Shown here: piece by piece, positions 63,401 through 64,000 of the stretch
How the letters are laid out: every line of letters starts with the position of its first letter
Position numbering within the stretch: the stretch's first letter is position 1
DNA from: an uncultured Thermococci archaeon
GTDB taxonomy: Archaea; Methanobacteriota_B; Thermococci; Methanofastidiosales; B48-G16
Direction: 5' to 3'
Length of the DNA: 64,000 nucleotides
Assembly: GCA_964595645.1 (NCBI GenBank)
Contig: CAZQQT010000003.1
Span: forward strand, 32,001 to 96,000
The notes under the pieces: generated by a model
Told to the model about the DNA's origin: nothing
The model's input: the letters and a program-made list of their open reading frames with translations, nothing else
The model's database searches: none
Position numbers and translations under genes: made by a program

Positions 63401-63775
63401 TCTGCCCAGTCGACATATTTTCGATTTGATCATGATTGGGAGCTCACCTATTGTTACTTCTACGGGTCCAAACTTTTCTTCATTGAGTACAGGGTACATC
63501 TCCAAGAACAGAGGTGCTGCATAGGTCATATCTCGCAGTCTTGCTTCCATTGGATGCATGATCCTTCTGGATCCATCTGCCTCCTTCGTCCTCGGCTGTC
63601 CAATCCGTATCTTGCCAAATTCTACATGAAACTCTTCTATATCTGTTTCGATTTCTCCTATTTCGTTCACAACTTCTTGGAGGCCTCTTTCAATGAGATC
63701 ATTATACGAATCAAGATTTTGTTTAACAAATCCTTCTTCTTCGAAAAAAGATTTAATAATAGGCCATCTATCCAT
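60458..63775 (-). CDS. rpoB: RNA polymerase subunit B (single, unsplit)
   Basis: [23 protein letters not shown]; 1105 aa continuous. Confidence 0.98.
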   Translation of the reverse strand: MDRWPIIKSFFEEEGFVKQNLDSYNDLIERGLQEVVNEIGEIETDIEEFHVEFGKIRIGQPRTKEADGSRRIMHPMEARLRDMTYAAPLFLEMYPVLNEEKFGPVEVTIGELPIMIKSKICRLGRMDREELIHQKEDPIDPGGYFIINGSERVIVAIEDLAPNRILVEEDTRKRSCIAKVFSTRHGFRSLISVERKRDGLLRVSFPGVPGAVPFVTLMKALGLEKDMNIVNAVSGNETIQKELLDNLEEGMDIIDQEGALDVIGKKVAVGQIKEYRLKRAKNTVDRYLLPHIGVEPEDRIRKAYYLGIMASRSIELSLGIRDVDDKDHYANKRWKLAGELLKDLFRLSFKQLNRDIKYQLERTHSRGRYEKGKEEEFVRKSVRADVLTERIRHAMATGAWPGGRTGVSQLMDAVNYVAVLSHLRRVVSPLSRSQSHFEARDLHATHWGRICPNETPDGPNCGLVKNMALMASVSIGVDEEEVKEYLYKNLKIRKIEKAEGPEVNAYVYLNGNLVGTAENGETLAENIRKDRRKGKISHNINVVYYDNINEVQINCDGARARRPLVVVDDGKPKLTKNHIDKIKDRELSWSDLVERGIIEYIDSEEEENAYIAINRKEVNSDHTHMEVYPPTILGVCAGMVPFPEHNAAPRNSTAAGMFKQSLGFGLSNYNWRVDTRGHLLHYPQKPIVKTKVSDAINYDKRPAGENFIVAVLSYTGYNIEDALIINKGSVERGLARSTFFRTYTCEERRYPGGQVDAFEVPAETTKGYRGPEPYRSLDEDGIVRLESDVGGGDVLVGRTSPPRFLKELDEFGTEMAGRIESSEDLRPNESGTVDFALLTDNEDGNKLAKVRVRTERIPELGDKFSSRHGQKGVIGFILPQEDMPFTEQGIVPDLIINPHAIPSRKTIGQILEMIGSKVGAMKGRKVDGTAFDSEKEEILRKSLKELGFKNTGKEILYNGYTGEIIEAGIFISPAYYQKLHHMVGDKLHSRPRGPRQMLTRQPTEGKAREGGLRFGEMERDCLVGHGASMLLQERLLDASDKTSILVCENCGSVAVYDAIKNKRYCPLCEDNTAIYKVKLSYAFVLLIKEMEAMGLDPRFILKEKV

Positions 63776-63776
63776 T

Positions 63777-64000
63777 TTACCACCCTTTAACCACCAATCG
63801 GTAATATGTAGTTTCCCCTGCTAGTGTCTCCTTTCTTATTATCTTTAACACTTGCCCCGGTTTAGCACCTATCGACTTTGCTACCGGATCATCTGCTCTG
63901 ATCAAGGGTAACTCTCCTTTTTTAATATCATATTTCTTTAAAACTTCTTCTACCTCTTCTTCATCCAATACAATGTGTTCAGGCACCATTTCGTGTTTTA
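63777..64000 (-). CDS. rpoH: RNA polymerase subunit H (N-terminus beyond window)
   Basis: HEMVPEH, LPLI..DDP, YYRLV. Confidence 0.95.
   Translation of the reverse strand, partial: KHEMVPEHIVLDEEEVEEVLKKYDIKKGELPLIRADDPVAKSIGAKPGQVLKIIRKETLAGETTYYRLVVKGW

Overview
Archaeal chromosome segment. Evidence: split RpoA'/A'', RpoH, L30e, EF-2 with the diphthamide loop, and an unsplit RpoB. The unsplit RpoB is compatible with a Thermococci-affiliated lineage such as Methanofastidiosa/Theionarchaea (inference). From left to right: (1) a membrane protein ending in a striking (CA)n Cys-rich tail, translationally coupled to a gene that runs off the left edge; (2) housekeeping genes (DUF61, VIT1/CCC1, AlaX); (3) an AT-rich catabolic locus of about 9.5 kb with an RHH regulator, phased TGTACA operators, an SSS symporter with an unannotated small subunit, a Zn-finger/4Fe-4S protein, tungsten AOR, a hydantoin-racemase-like protein, a NicX/M29-like protein, M20 and OCD; (4) tRNA-Glu(TTC) carrying a ~14 kb integrated element bounded by a 13-bp direct repeat. 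The element encodes a Zn-ribbon tyrosine integrase, an HTH protein with compact Rep_trans-like motifs beside an iteron/hairpin-rich non-coding region, a Type IIG R-M gene broken by a single in-frame TGA, a membrane-anchored PIN-domain protein and Thr/Pro-rich surface proteins; (5) assorted metabolic genes; (6) the rpoH-rpoB-rpoA1-rpoA2-L30e-nusA-S12-S7-EF2 cluster. All functional calls come from motif recognition by eye; no database searches were run.
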